Source: an uncultured Candidatus Saccharibacteria bacterium (GTDB lineage Bacteria > Patescibacteriota > Minisyncoccia > Phycocordibacterales > Phycocordibacteraceae). From it: a stretch of DNA of 44,868 nucleotides. The translations under genes were made by a program, and so were the position numbers. Below are positions 15,363-29,487 of the stretch, in pieces. The stretch spans positions 1-44,868 of the forward strand of contig CAZQGQ010000004.1 in the NCBI GenBank assembly GCA_964593365.1, given 5' to 3'. The notes below the pieces were generated by a model. That model ran no database searches. It worked only from the letters and a program-made list of their open reading frames with translations, and had not been told where the DNA came from. Numbering within the stretch: the stretch's first letter is position 1; every line of letters starts with the position of its first letter.

Positions 15363-16631
15363 ATGGCACACAGTTACGCTCATATAGAAAACGAGGATCC
15401 GGAGGTATTCAAGGCAATAGATGGAGAAGAGAAGCGCGAGCGCGAAGGCCTCGAGCTTATTCCGTCCGAAAACTACGTATCGCTTGCTGTTCGCGAAGCG
15501 ATGGGAAGCGTACTCACGAACAAGTACTCAGAAGGATATCCAGGGAAGCGCTACTACGGCGGGCAGACTTACACGGATATCGTCGAAGACATTGCGCGCG
15601 ACCGCGCTAAAGAATTATTCGGTGCCTCGTACGCAAACGTCCAACCACACGCGGGTGCCCCTGCAAACATCGGTATGTACTTCGCGCTTCTTGAGCCTGG
15701 AGACACAGTGCTTGGCATGGATCTCTCGCACGGCGGCCATCTCACGCATGGACACCCCGTCACGTATCTCACCAAGATCTTCAACTTCGTTCGATACAAG
15801 ATGAAAGATGTAGAGACCGGCGAGATCGATTATGACGAAATGCTTACGGTCGCAAAGCGCGAGAAGCCGAAGATACTGCTTGCCGGTTATTCTGCGTACC
15901 CGCGCGAACTAGATTACGAAAAGTTTGTCGCGATAGCTCGCGAAGTTGGTGCGCTTGCCGTTATGGACGTAGCGCATATCGCAGGACTCATCGCAGGAAA
16001 GGCAGTCAAGAATCCTTTTGATTACGGATTCGATGTGATGACCACTACGACGCATAAGACGCTTCGCGGTCCTCGAGGCGGCATGATCCTAACGCGAGAA
16101 AGCGAAGAGATCGCCAAGAAGATCGATAAGTCGATGTTCCCTGGCCTGCAGGGAGGACCGCTTATGAACACGATCGCTGCAAAGGCAGTCTGCTTTGGGG
16201 AAGCACTTCGTCCCTCGTTTAAAACCTATGCCAAGCAGATTATTGAAAACGCGCAGGCTATGGCGGAAGTGTTCCAGAAAGACGGAGCACGTCTCATTAC
16301 GGGCGGCACGAGTAATCACCTCATTCTTGCTGACGTGTGGAGTTCCTATCAGATCTCGGGCGGGGAAGCAGAGACATTGCTTGATGAGGCGGGCATCACT
16401 CTCAACAAGAATGCGATCGCAGATGATACACGTAAACCTATGGACCCGTCTGGCATTCGCTTTGGCACTCCCGCAATCACAACGCGCGGGTTCAAAGAGG
16501 CTGAGTGTGCTCGCGTCGCAGAGCTTATGATCGAGATATTGAAGAAACGAGACGCCGCAACCGTCGCTTCCGCGAAAGCCGAGATCAAAACACTTGCCGA
16601 GGCACACCCCGTCCCTGAAAGCTTCGACTAG
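15363..16631 (+). CDS. glyA: Serine hydroxymethyltransferase
   Basis: ELIPSENY, KYSEGYPGKRYYGG, TTTTHKTLRGPRGG, SGIRFGTPA. Confidence 0.98.
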   Translation: MAHSYAHIENEDPEVFKAIDGEEKREREGLELIPSENYVSLAVREAMGSVLTNKYSEGYPGKRYYGGQTYTDIVEDIARDRAKELFGASYANVQPHAGAPANIGMYFALLEPGDTVLGMDLSHGGHLTHGHPVTYLTKIFNFVRYKMKDVETGEIDYDEMLTVAKREKPKILLAGYSAYPRELDYEKFVAIAREVGALAVMDVAHIAGLIAGKAVKNPFDYGFDVMTTTTHKTLRGPRGGMILTRESEEIAKKIDKSMFPGLQGGPLMNTIAAKAVCFGEALRPSFKTYAKQIIENAQAMAEVFQKDGARLITGGTSNHLILADVWSSYQISGGEAETLLDEAGITLNKNAIADDTRKPMDPSGIRFGTPAITTRGFKEAECARVAELMIEILKKRDAATVASAKAEIKTLAEAHPVPESFD

Positions 16632-16655
16632 GCTAATTTGCTAGAATAAGCCCCT

Positions 16656-18341
16656 ATGGAAGAACGGATACGAAACGCCGTCCAAGAAGCCCTCGCTGAG
16701 AGCGGGGCTTCTGACGTTTCCTTTGCTGTTGAATGGCCGGGAGACCTCGCCCACGGGGACTTCGCCGTAAACGCTGCTATGGCTGCAGCCAAGAGCACCG
16801 GCCGCAATCCCAAGGAACTTGCTGCGGAACTTGCTCCTCGCATCGAAGAAAAGCTCAGCGATATCGTGTCTAAGGTTGAAATTGCAGGACCTGGGTTTAT
16901 AAACCTGACGCTCACGCGCGAAGGAATCTCTCAAACCATTGCGAAAGTGGAGGAAGAGGGCGACATGTGGGGACGAGGGATAGGACACATTGGCGAGACG
17001 GTAATGATTGAGTACGCAACTCCCAATCCTTTCAAGGAGATGCACATTGGGCACCTCATGAGCAATGTCATAGGCGAATCTCTTTCGCGTCTTCTTGAAG
17101 CTTCTGGTGCCCGCGTTCTCAGGGACACGTTTGGCGGGGATGTAGGGCCGCACGTGGCAAAAGGGCTGTGGGCACTTAACAAGAAAGGCATTAAGGATAT
17201 TGGAAACGCGCAGGAAATAGGAAGCGCGTATATCCAAGGCTCAAATGCGTACGAAGAAAGCGAAGAAGCAAAGGCAGAGATAGATGCACTGAATACAAGA
17301 ATCTATGATCTTGTGGCGAGACAGCAGGAGCTGAACTCGCTTCCGATTGAAGACCAGGAACTTTTGAATATATGGCGACGCGGTCGAGAGATCTCCATGG
17401 AGGAATTCCATCGAATCTTTAAGATACTGGGCTCGAAGTTTGATTATGTGTTCTTCGATAGCGACACTACGGAAGGTGGCATGCGCATTGTGCGAGACGG
17501 TCTTGCAACCGGCGTTTTCGAAGAGAGCGACGGGGCGATTATCTACCGAGGCGAGAAGAAGGGACTACATACGCTCGTGTTCATCACGTCGCGCGGGACC
17601 CCGACCTATGAAACTAAAGATATCGGTCTCGCATTTTTACGAGAGGAGCGTCACTCAACTGACCGAGTCATCATCCTGACGGGTGTAGAACAAGTGGGGC
17701 ATTTCAAAGTATTCCTTGCAGCGCTTGAGGATATTGCGCCTTTGCTTGCACGAAAAACAGAACACGTTGCGCACGGCCTTCTCCAGCTCACAACAGGGAA
17801 GATGTCTTCTCGAAAGGGGAACATCATCACTGGCGCAGGTTTGCTTGAAGACATGATTGCTCGCGCGCAGGAGAAGAACGAGGATCCGTTAATTGCCGAA
17901 CAGGTCGCTGTGGGAGCTGTTAAATATATGATTTTACGCCAAGCAATCGGTGGCAATCCAATCTTCGATCCTGAAAAGTCGCTTTCCCTTGAAGGAGACT
18001 CGGGACCATATTTGCAGTATGCCCTGGTGCGCGCAGCAACCATTCTTGAGAAAGCAGGGAAGAAGGGGAGCGCAGAAAATGCACCCGCAGATCCGTATAC
18101 GCTTGAGCGTCTTATCATCCGCTTCCCGAAACTCGCTGCTAAGGCAGAAGCTCTTCGTGCGCCGCACCTGCTCGTCCAGTACCTGACGCAGCTTGCTGGA
18201 GAATGGAACTCTTTTTACGCACAGGAACGCATCATTGATGGAGAGAACGAGGCATACAAGCTCATGCTCGCTGGCGCATTCGTTCAGACTATGAAAAACG
18301 GTCTTTGGCTCCTTGGTATTCCTGCTCCAGAGAAGATGTAG
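16656..18341 (+). CDS. argS: Arginine--tRNA ligase
   Basis: HGDFA, AGPGFIN, PNPFKEMHIGH, KMSSRKG, GDSGPYLQYA, GIPAPEKM. Confidence 0.97.
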   Translation: MEERIRNAVQEALAESGASDVSFAVEWPGDLAHGDFAVNAAMAAAKSTGRNPKELAAELAPRIEEKLSDIVSKVEIAGPGFINLTLTREGISQTIAKVEEEGDMWGRGIGHIGETVMIEYATPNPFKEMHIGHLMSNVIGESLSRLLEASGARVLRDTFGGDVGPHVAKGLWALNKKGIKDIGNAQEIGSAYIQGSNAYEESEEAKAEIDALNTRIYDLVARQQELNSLPIEDQELLNIWRRGREISMEEFHRIFKILGSKFDYVFFDSDTTEGGMRIVRDGLATGVFEESDGAIIYRGEKKGLHTLVFITSRGTPTYETKDIGLAFLREERHSTDRVIILTGVEQVGHFKVFLAALEDIAPLLARKTEHVAHGLLQLTTGKMSSRKGNIITGAGLLEDMIARAQEKNEDPLIAEQVAVGAVKYMILRQAIGGNPIFDPEKSLSLEGDSGPYLQYALVRAATILEKAGKKGSAENAPADPYTLERLIIRFPKLAAKAEALRAPHLLVQYLTQLAGEWNSFYAQERIIDGENEAYKLMLAGAFVQTMKNGLWLLGIPAPEKM

Positions 18342-18397
18342 CGGCATTTGTACGGGCCGTTTTCATTTTCCGTCCGAGACGATAGGATAGGAGGACT

Positions 18398-21728
<3,331 letters not shown>

Positions 21729-21739
<11 letters not shown>

Positions 21740-22295
21740 GTACCACACCAGAGCGATCGTGCTTGCAAGGTCACCGCAAGGAGAAGCGAACGCGAACCTG
21801 CTTCTTCTTACTGAGGAGTTCGGCCTCATCCGCGCACGAGCGCAGGGGATTAGAAACCCAGGAGCAAAGCTCGCTGGAGCACTCCAGACATTCTTTGAAT
21901 GCGAAGTCGTGCTTATTCGCGGGAAAGATACGTGGCGCATTTCAGGAGCGACGCTTGAGCGCTCCTTTGCGAGCGAGCTTTCTGTTTCTGCGCGTCTTCG
22001 CGCAGGCAGGATCTCAAGCTTGCTTGCTCGCCTCATCCGCGGGGAATCGAGCGACCCGTCAGCCTTCCTTATATTCCAAGGTCTTTTGGATTCGCTTATC
22101 ACTGCGACTGAGCCTGAAGGGGAAGTGGCGGAGTGTCTTGCTGCGCTTCGCATTTTGCGCGGGCTTGGGCTTGATGCGGGCGAGATTCCGGGAGAGGAGT
22201 CTTCCTATGACGAGGAGACGCTCAAGGAGGCGAGCGCGGCTCGCAAGGGACTTGTTATGCGGGTGAACCGCGGCATCAAAGCTTCAGGGCTCTAA
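21729..22295 (+). CDS. recO: DNA repair protein RecO (short form)
   Basis: AIVLAR..QGEAN..L.LLTEEFGLIRARAQGIR...KL OB-fold pattern. Confidence 0.82.
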
Positions 22296-22317
22296 GCTCT
22301 GCGTTATACTAGGGCCT

Positions 22318-24201
22318 ATGAAAGAATCCGACTCGTCGGAGAGTCCGCTTGAGAGTCTGCGAAAGCGACTCTATGGAAGCGGCGCGCTCACTGATCGCCG
22401 AGAGCGTCAGGCTCCTTCGGCTAAGCCACAGGCTCCCGAGCACTGGCAGCAAGCCCCGCAGCTTCCTGAGCGCCCGAAGCGTCATATCTCAGGCTCGACA
22501 CTTTTTTTGATAAGCGCCGTCGCCTTCTTTGCGATTGCCGGCATTGCTACCGCAGTCGTCCTCTTTCTTGGAGGCCGAAGCGTCTCGTCTGAAAACCTCG
22601 AGATACTTATTGAAGGACCGACATCTGTTGAAGGCGGGGATGCGGTCTCTTTGTTGGTCACCATACAAAACGACAATCCAGTCGCCGTCTCAGGAGCGGT
22701 ACTCTCGGTTGATTTCCCAGAAGGAACGTATGCATCTGCGAGCCAGACCGATCCGCTTCGCCACTTGAGCGAGGAGGTGGGAGACATTCCTGCAGGCGCG
22801 AGCGTGCGAAAGACAATACGCGCATCCTTCTTCGGTTCGGAAGGGCAGAAGATCCTCGTGCCGATGACGGTTGAATACACCACCAGTGATTCGAATGCGA
22901 CATTTGTTAAAAACAAGCAGTACGAGCTTGTCATCGGTACTGCTCCTGTCTCTCTTTCCGTATCGACGTTGTCTGAAGTCCCTTCAGGGCAGCCCTTCAC
23001 GCTCTATGTCGCCGTTCGCTCGAACGCAGCAACGCCGCTTGAAAACGTAGCAGTTCGCGCCGAGTATCCGTTTGGCTTCCGACAGACGGCTGCTGCTCCA
23101 GAACCGGTAGCAGGATCCTTGTTTGCGCTCGGCCGGCTCTCGCCCGGAGAAGAAAAGGAAATACGCATCGCAGGTACGCTCTCAGGACTAAACGGAGAAG
23201 AGCGAAACTTCCGCTTTACCGCAGGCGCACTCGGTACCATCGAGCCGCCGGCGCTCAGCGTCTCGTATACGGAAGAGAATGCGGAAGTAGCGATTGCCCG
23301 GCCATTCCTTGATGTAGGACTTTCGATAAACCAGTCAGAAGAACCAGCGGTCGTTATTCCGTCTGGCTCAACCGCACAAGCGTCGCTCTCGTGGGAGAAC
23401 ATGATCCCAAGCAACATCCTTGATGCTTCGATCTCCGTGCTGTTGTCTGGCCCTGCGCTTAATACCTCAAGCGTTGAGGCCAACGGCGGCTTCTATCGCT
23501 CGTCGAGCCGTACGGTCGTCTTTAGCAAAGAGACGATGGGCACGCTCGCTGAACTAGCTCCTGGAGCTAAGGGAGCTGGTACGTTTACCTTCTCGACTCA
23601 GACAGGCTCAGCGCTCACCTCGCTTCGAAATCCTGCCATCACGCTTGAAGTGTCGGTTTCTGGTCGGCGCGTCGGGGCAGGGAACGTCGCGGAGACGATT
23701 ACCTCGACCATAAATCGCACGGTTAAGGTTTCAACTGATCTTACGCTCGAATCGCGCGCGGTCCGCACGATCGGAGAGTTTAGTAATACCGGTCCATGGC
23801 CGCCGAAAGTGGATACCGAGAGCACGTACACCATTTTGCTCATGGCACGAAATACGGTGAACTCCGTTGCAAACGCAACGACGCGCATGACGCTTCCTCC
23901 GTACGTCCGCTTCACCGGAAAGATTAGCGCTGGAAGTGGCATTACCTACAGCGATACGAGCCGGCAGGTAACCTGGACCCCGGGAGATATGGCTGCAGGC
24001 ACGTCTCGCGAAGCGGCATTCCAAGTCGCTCTCTTGCCAAGCGTCACGCAAAAGGGTACAAGTCCGGTACTGGTTTCGGAACAGACGATTACTGGTTTTG
24101 ATCGATTTGCGCAACAGAACGTTACATCGACGCATTCTGTCTTGAACACGCAGATAACGACTGATCCGGCGTATGGACTCAATAAAGGAGCCGTTGAATA
24201 A
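22318..24201 (+). CDS. Single-pass membrane protein with repeated Ig-like beta domains
   Basis: One TM helix near residue 60-85, then repeated beta-rich units (I.N...LENVAVRAEYP.GF; L.PG). Confidence 0.7.
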   Translation: MKESDSSESPLESLRKRLYGSGALTDRRERQAPSAKPQAPEHWQQAPQLPERPKRHISGSTLFLISAVAFFAIAGIATAVVLFLGGRSVSSENLEILIEGPTSVEGGDAVSLLVTIQNDNPVAVSGAVLSVDFPEGTYASASQTDPLRHLSEEVGDIPAGASVRKTIRASFFGSEGQKILVPMTVEYTTSDSNATFVKNKQYELVIGTAPVSLSVSTLSEVPSGQPFTLYVAVRSNAATPLENVAVRAEYPFGFRQTAAAPEPVAGSLFALGRLSPGEEKEIRIAGTLSGLNGEERNFRFTAGALGTIEPPALSVSYTEENAEVAIARPFLDVGLSINQSEEPAVVIPSGSTAQASLSWENMIPSNILDASISVLLSGPALNTSSVEANGGFYRSSSRTVVFSKETMGTLAELAPGAKGAGTFTFSTQTGSALTSLRNPAITLEVSVSGRRVGAGNVAETITSTINRTVKVSTDLTLESRAVRTIGEFSNTGPWPPKVDTESTYTILLMARNTVNSVANATTRMTLPPYVRFTGKISAGSGITYSDTSRQVTWTPGDMAAGTSREAAFQVALLPSVTQKGTSPVLVSEQTITGFDRFAQQNVTSTHSVLNTQITTDPAYGLNKGAVE

Positions 24202-24202
24202 C

Positions 24203-25576
24203 ATGAACACCACCCCAACCCTCGAAGATATTGTCGCGCTCGCCAAGCGTCGCGGCTTCGTGTATCCCGGCTCTGATATCTACGGGGGACTCGCAGGAAT
24301 CTATGACTTTGGTCCTCGCGGCGTAGAGCTTCTGAATAATCTGAAGCGCGCGTGGTGGAAGTCGAATGTATACGACAAGGAAAACTCTTTTGGTCTGGAC
24401 TCTGGGATGTTCAAGCACCCTAAGGTGTGGGAGGCGAGCGGCCATACGAGCGGGTTCTCTGATCCGCTAGCTGAATGCAGGAAATGCAATACGCGCATAC
24501 GCGTAGACAAGGTGCTCGGTAGCATCGGTGTGTTTGCAGACGAGAAGATGACGGAAGAAGAGATCAATGCGCTTTTTGATGACGCGCGCACAAAGATTGC
24601 ATGTGAGAAGTGCGGTGCCAAGGATTTCTCAAAGGTGCGCAAGTTCAACCTCTTGGTGAAATCCAACTTGGGCGACTTCACCTCAGAAGGCAACGACCCG
24701 GTCTACTTGCCCGGGGAAGCATGCCAGGGCATCTACCTCAATTTTAAGAATATCGTCGACACCATGTCGCCGAAGATGCCGTTCGGTATCGTGCAGATCG
24801 GCAAGGCGTTCCGCAACGAGATATCACCGCGCAACTTCCTGTTCCGTACGCGTGAGATGGAACAGGCAGATACGCAATTCTTCGTCCGTCCGAACGAGAA
24901 CAAGGAAGCGTACGACCGCATCAAGCAGGAGCGCTGGGATTGGTACCTGTCGCTTGGTATCCGAGAGGAGAACTTGCGCTGGCATCAGCATGAGAACCTC
25001 GTCTTCTACGCCAAGGATGCGTGGGATATCGAGTACAACTTCCCGTCGCTTGGCTTCGATGAGCTTGAGGGCATCCACGATCGTACCGATTACGACCTTA
25101 CGCAGCACATGGAATTCTCAGGACAAGATCTCCGCTATGTCGATCAAGAGACGGGAGAGAAATACATCCCGTGGATCCTCGAGACGTCTGTAGGAATGGG
25201 CCGCATGTTCATGGCAGTTCTCGCGGACGCCTACCGAGAAGACGAGCTCGGGGGAGAGAAGCGCGTGTATCTTGCCCTTGCCCCGCACCTTGCCCCGGTG
25301 CGCGCTGCGATCTTCCCGCTCCTTAAGAACAAGCCAGAGCTCGTCGCTAAGGCGCGTGAAGTATTCTCAATGCTGAAGCAATCAGGAGTCGTCGTCGCGT
25401 TCGATGATAACGGGAATATCGGGAAGCGTTATCGCCGCCAGGACGAGATTGGTACGCCCGCTTGCGTCACGATCGACTTCGAGACGCTCGAGAACGATAC
25501 TGTCACGCTTCGAGACCGAGACACGGGAGAGCAGGAGCGTATTCCTGTTTCAGAGCTGCTTCTGCGCATTCGCTAA
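24203..25576 (+). CDS. glyQS: Glycine--tRNA ligase, alpha2 type
   Basis: KRRGFVYPGSDIYGGL, WEASGH, QIGKAFRNEISPRNFLFRTREMEQ, IGKRYRRQDEIGTP. Confidence 0.96.
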   Translation: MNTTPTLEDIVALAKRRGFVYPGSDIYGGLAGIYDFGPRGVELLNNLKRAWWKSNVYDKENSFGLDSGMFKHPKVWEASGHTSGFSDPLAECRKCNTRIRVDKVLGSIGVFADEKMTEEEINALFDDARTKIACEKCGAKDFSKVRKFNLLVKSNLGDFTSEGNDPVYLPGEACQGIYLNFKNIVDTMSPKMPFGIVQIGKAFRNEISPRNFLFRTREMEQADTQFFVRPNENKEAYDRIKQERWDWYLSLGIREENLRWHQHENLVFYAKDAWDIEYNFPSLGFDELEGIHDRTDYDLTQHMEFSGQDLRYVDQETGEKYIPWILETSVGMGRMFMAVLADAYREDELGGEKRVYLALAPHLAPVRAAIFPLLKNKPELVAKAREVFSMLKQSGVVVAFDDNGNIGKRYRRQDEIGTPACVTIDFETLENDTVTLRDRDTGEQERIPVSELLLRIR

Positions 25577-25606
25577 CCGAAAGAGCCGATTTGTTACACT
25601 AGAGGG

Positions 25607-26152
25607 ATGAAAAAGTTCCTCATCGGGTTAGGCGTTCTTATTGTTGTCCTCGTTGCTGCATTTTTTGCGATACAGGCGTATCTGAATAGTGAAAGGCAAG
25701 GAGTCGTTCCCGAGGCTGAGCCTCTCGCCGGATGGGCGCGTATGACAACCTCGCAAGGGATCGAGTTCATGTACCCGGAGTCTTTGCAGACCACCTATAT
25801 CTCCGCACAGGAGTGGCCGCCGCGTATTGAAGAAGTTGCACATGAGTATTCCTGTACTGAAGGAACAATCACCGCAACTGACGGTCCGCTCACGCGAGTT
25901 GAGCGAAAGGCTATCAATGGGCGCGAGTATTGCGTTGGCGTCTCGAGCGAGGGAGCGGCAGGAAGTACGTACCGCACCTACGAGTACACGACCGTCGTTG
26001 ACGACTCGACGGTGCGCCTGGTACTTACGCTCCGCTTCCCTCAGTGCCTGAACTACGACGATCCTAACCAAAGTGCCTGTGGGACAGAACAGGAGCGTTT
26101 TAACCTCGACAGCATCGTCGATCGGATCATTGAGACGGTCAGGCTGCCCTAA
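25607..26152 (+). CDS. Membrane-anchored exported hypothetical protein
   Basis: MKK plus hydrophobic helix; FMYP, WPP, EGAAGS, four Cys. Confidence 0.7.
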   Translation: MKKFLIGLGVLIVVLVAAFFAIQAYLNSERQGVVPEAEPLAGWARMTTSQGIEFMYPESLQTTYISAQEWPPRIEEVAHEYSCTEGTITATDGPLTRVERKAINGREYCVGVSSEGAAGSTYRTYEYTTVVDDSTVRLVLTLRFPQCLNYDDPNQSACGTEQERFNLDSIVDRIIETVRLP

Positions 26153-26178
26153 GAGGGCCATATGCTACTATCTACCCA

Positions 26179-27204
26179 ATGGAAGGGGACAAGCATGCCA
26201 TATCGATAACGTCGGGGAGCATCATCCGGGTGATCGTCATAGGAGCCGCAGCCTACGCGCTCTGGCAGCTTTCCACCCTAGTGCTCCTGCTTCTCTCGGC
26301 AATTGTCATTGCCTCTGCGGTTGAGCCTGGCGTTGAGTTCTTCACGAAGCGTAAGTTCCCGCGCGCCCTGGGCGTTGTCTTGGTATATGCGCTTTTGTTC
26401 GCGCTCATCGCCGCTCTCGTATGGTTTTTCATCCCGCCGATGCTTAACGAAGCCATCGCGATCCTCGCCGTGCTTCCGCAGTACGTGAGCCAGGTAGAAA
26501 ACTTCAGCCTGCCATTCTTGCAAAGCGCTGGAGGCCCGAACCTCACGGAAACTATCTTGAACCTGCAGAACACCTTCGCTGACACGGGCGCCGGCGTTTT
26601 GCGCTTCATTGCATCCATCTTCGGCGGCGCGTTCTACTTCATGCTCACGATCGTCGTCTCGATCTACTTCTCGCTCCAAGAAACGGGAATCGATGACTTC
26701 TTGAAGATCGTTACGCCTGCTAAGCATCGGGACTACGTCATCTCGCTCTGGAAGCGCTCGCACAAGAAGATCGGCCTGTGGATGCAGGGGCAGCTTCTTC
26801 TATCGCTTATTATCACGGTGCTACTGTATCTAGGTCTTTCGCTTCTTGGCGTTCCCTATGCGCTCTTGCTTGCGATCTTCGCCGGAGTCCTTGAGCTCAT
26901 CCCCGTGTTTGGTTCCTTGGTCGCTGCCGTTCCGGGAATTGGCGTCGCGCTGTTGACGGGAGATCTTACGCTCACCGTCATTGTCGCCGGCTTCTATCTC
27001 ATCGTGAACCAGTTCCAGGCACACCTTATTTATCCGCTTGTGGTGCAGAAGATCGTTGGCGTTGCCCCTATCCTCGTCATCATCGCCCTTATTGCAGGCG
27101 GCCAGCTTGCTGGCTTCTTGGGCGTCCTTCTTTCTGTGCCTATCGCCGCTGCCGTGCAGGAGTTCGTGAAAGATCTCCAGAAACGTCGCGTCGAAGTCGC
27201 TTAA
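26179..27204 (+). CDS. AI-2E (PerM) family transporter
   Basis: WMQGQL, ELIPVFG, IYPLV, GFLGVLLSVP; multi-pass membrane protein. Confidence 0.9.
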   Translation: MEGDKHAISITSGSIIRVIVIGAAAYALWQLSTLVLLLLSAIVIASAVEPGVEFFTKRKFPRALGVVLVYALLFALIAALVWFFIPPMLNEAIAILAVLPQYVSQVENFSLPFLQSAGGPNLTETILNLQNTFADTGAGVLRFIASIFGGAFYFMLTIVVSIYFSLQETGIDDFLKIVTPAKHRDYVISLWKRSHKKIGLWMQGQLLLSLIITVLLYLGLSLLGVPYALLLAIFAGVLELIPVFGSLVAAVPGIGVALLTGDLTLTVIVAGFYLIVNQFQAHLIYPLVVQKIVGVAPILVIIALIAGGQLAGFLGVLLSVPIAAAVQEFVKDLQKRRVEVA

Positions 27205-27217
27205 TCCAATCTTTCGC

Positions 27218-28657
27218 ATGGCGCGGTACATCACCACGACCCTCCCGTACGTAAACGCCGATCCCCATATCGGTAATGCGCTTGAATTCATTCAGGCGGA
27301 TGCAGTGGCTCGTTCGCTTCGGCTTTCAGGAGAGGAGGTTTTCTTCAATACCGGGACCGATGAGCACGGACAAAAGATTCTGCAGGCTGCAGAGAAAGCT
27401 GGTCGGGAAGTGCATGAGTATACCGATCATTTCTCAAACGAGTTCAAGAAGCTCGGGGAAGCACTCGATCTTTCCTATGATGCATTCATTCGAACGACTA
27501 ATCCCGAGCACTATGCCGCAGCGCAGGAAATGTGGCGCAGATGCGAGGCGAAAGGGGACATTTATAAAAAAACGTACACTGGTCTGTACTGCGTCGGCTG
27601 CGAGTTCTTCAAGACCGAAAAGGACCTTGATGAGAACGGGAAGTGCCCGATCCATCCTTCGCTTACCCCGGAGACTATCTCTGAGGAAAACTATTTCTTC
27701 CGCCTCTCTAACTATCAGAAGCAGCTTCTCGATTATCTGTCTCAAGACGGCGTCATCATCCCTGAATGGCGAAGGCTTGAAGCAGTAGCCTTTGTCGAGG
27801 GAGGACTTGAAGACTTCAGCATTTCACGAGAGAAAGCGCGTCTTAGCTGGGGTGTTCCGGTCCCTAATGACGACTCCCAGGTTATGTTTGTCTGGTTTGA
27901 CGCGCTTACTAACTACATCTCAACTCTTGGCTGGCCCTCAGACGCCGAAGGGAAGTTTGAGAAGTTTTGGACTAATGGGCACGTGCTCCAGATGGCCGGC
28001 AAGGACCAGGTACGCTTCCAGTCCCTGATGTGGCAGGCGATGCTTTTCTCTGCAGACATTAAAAACAGCGACCAGGTCTGCTACCACGGGTTCATAAACT
28101 CTGGAGGGCAGCGCATGTCAAAGTCTTTAGGGAACGTAATCAACCCGTATGACCTTGTGAATAAGTACGGCACCGACGCGACGCGCTACCTTCTTTTGCG
28201 GCACGTGCACCCGTTCGAAGACTCGGACATTACATGGGAACGGCTTGATGAGTGGTATACCGCTAACCTCGTGAACGGGCTGGGTAACTTAGTCGCGCGC
28301 GTTATGAAGCTTGCCGAGGATAATTTGCCATCACCGATTGTCCTTACAAAGGAAGATATGACTCTTGAAGACGCGTTCGTTCAAAAGATTAATCTTTTCA
28401 AATTCAACGAAGCGGTTGATCTTATCTTCGAGCACATTGGCAAGGGAGACGAGTACATGACCGCTCATGAGCCGTATAAGAAAGTAAAGAACGAAGAGAG
28501 CAAGGCAGACGGCGTTGCTGACATCGAGAAACTCGTACATCACGTTGCGAAGGTTGCGACACACCTCTCTTCGATTATGCCAAAGACTGGCGAAGCGATT
28601 CTTGCCGCAGTGAAAGAGAACAAGAAGCCTGAGAATCTTTTCCCGCGCCTATCGTGA
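27218..28657 (+). CDS. metG: Methionine--tRNA ligase (short form)
   Basis: TTTLPYVNADPHIGN, TGTDEHGQKI, VWFDAL, RMSKSLGN. Confidence 0.97.
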   Translation: MARYITTTLPYVNADPHIGNALEFIQADAVARSLRLSGEEVFFNTGTDEHGQKILQAAEKAGREVHEYTDHFSNEFKKLGEALDLSYDAFIRTTNPEHYAAAQEMWRRCEAKGDIYKKTYTGLYCVGCEFFKTEKDLDENGKCPIHPSLTPETISEENYFFRLSNYQKQLLDYLSQDGVIIPEWRRLEAVAFVEGGLEDFSISREKARLSWGVPVPNDDSQVMFVWFDALTNYISTLGWPSDAEGKFEKFWTNGHVLQMAGKDQVRFQSLMWQAMLFSADIKNSDQVCYHGFINSGGQRMSKSLGNVINPYDLVNKYGTDATRYLLLRHVHPFEDSDITWERLDEWYTANLVNGLGNLVARVMKLAEDNLPSPIVLTKEDMTLEDAFVQKINLFKFNEAVDLIFEHIGKGDEYMTAHEPYKKVKNEESKADGVADIEKLVHHVAKVATHLSSIMPKTGEAILAAVKENKKPENLFPRLS

Positions 28658-29439
28658 GGTACTTTGACGCGCACTGCCACGTCCAGTTCGATGCGTACGA
28701 CCTAGACCGTGCAGAGGTGCTCGCGTCCATGGAAGAAGCGGAAGTGGGCGGGCTCATTGTCGGGACAGACGCAGCTTCCTCAAAAGCCGCTGTTGAGCTT
28801 GCTGACGGGAGTAATTTTTTCGCGTCCGTCGGGCTCCACCCAAACGATAAGCCAGCTGAAGGTTATGACGACGCCTACTATGAGGAGCTTGCTAGAGACC
28901 CGAACGTAGTTGCAATAGGGGAGTGTGGTCTTGATTACTACCGTCCGGAAGACCCGGAAGCCGAGAAAGCTCGCCAAAAGGACGTGTTCTCTCGCCACAT
29001 CAAACTCGCTGCACAAACAGGGAAGACTCTGATGATTCACGCGCGTCCCTCGAAAGGGACGATGGATGCGTACGAAGACGCTCTTTCAATGCTTGAGGAA
29101 GCGAAACAGGGATACCCGGCGCTTAAGGGCAATATGCACTTTTACGTAGGAGACCTTGCGGTCACGAAGCGGTTCCTTGCGCTCGGGTTTACGTTTTCTT
29201 TCACGGCAGTTCTTACCTTTACGCACGATTACGATGAGGTCGTCCGGTTCATCCCGCTTGAAAACATCCTTTCTGAGACCGATTCTCCCTATGTTGCTCC
29301 TGCGCCAAATCGCGGGAAACGAAACGATCCGCTCGCGGTCCGGGAGGTGATTCGCGCTCTATCGACTATCCGGGGAGAGGATGAGGAGGCAGTCCGTGCG
29401 GCTGTTTTGGATAACGCCAGGCGGGTGTTTAAGCTCTAA
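28654..29439 (+). CDS. TatD-family hydrolase
   Basis: DAHCH, GLHP, AIGECGLDY, ETDSPY; follows metG. Confidence 0.93.
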   Translation: MRYFDAHCHVQFDAYDLDRAEVLASMEEAEVGGLIVGTDAASSKAAVELADGSNFFASVGLHPNDKPAEGYDDAYYEELARDPNVVAIGECGLDYYRPEDPEAEKARQKDVFSRHIKLAAQTGKTLMIHARPSKGTMDAYEDALSMLEEAKQGYPALKGNMHFYVGDLAVTKRFLALGFTFSFTAVLTFTHDYDEVVRFIPLENILSETDSPYVAPAPNRGKRNDPLAVREVIRALSTIRGEDEEAVRAAVLDNARRVFKL

Positions 29440-29487
29440 AAGCCTTATGTTGCCCCTTGGGAGGGCCCATGATAGGATTCGCCAATC

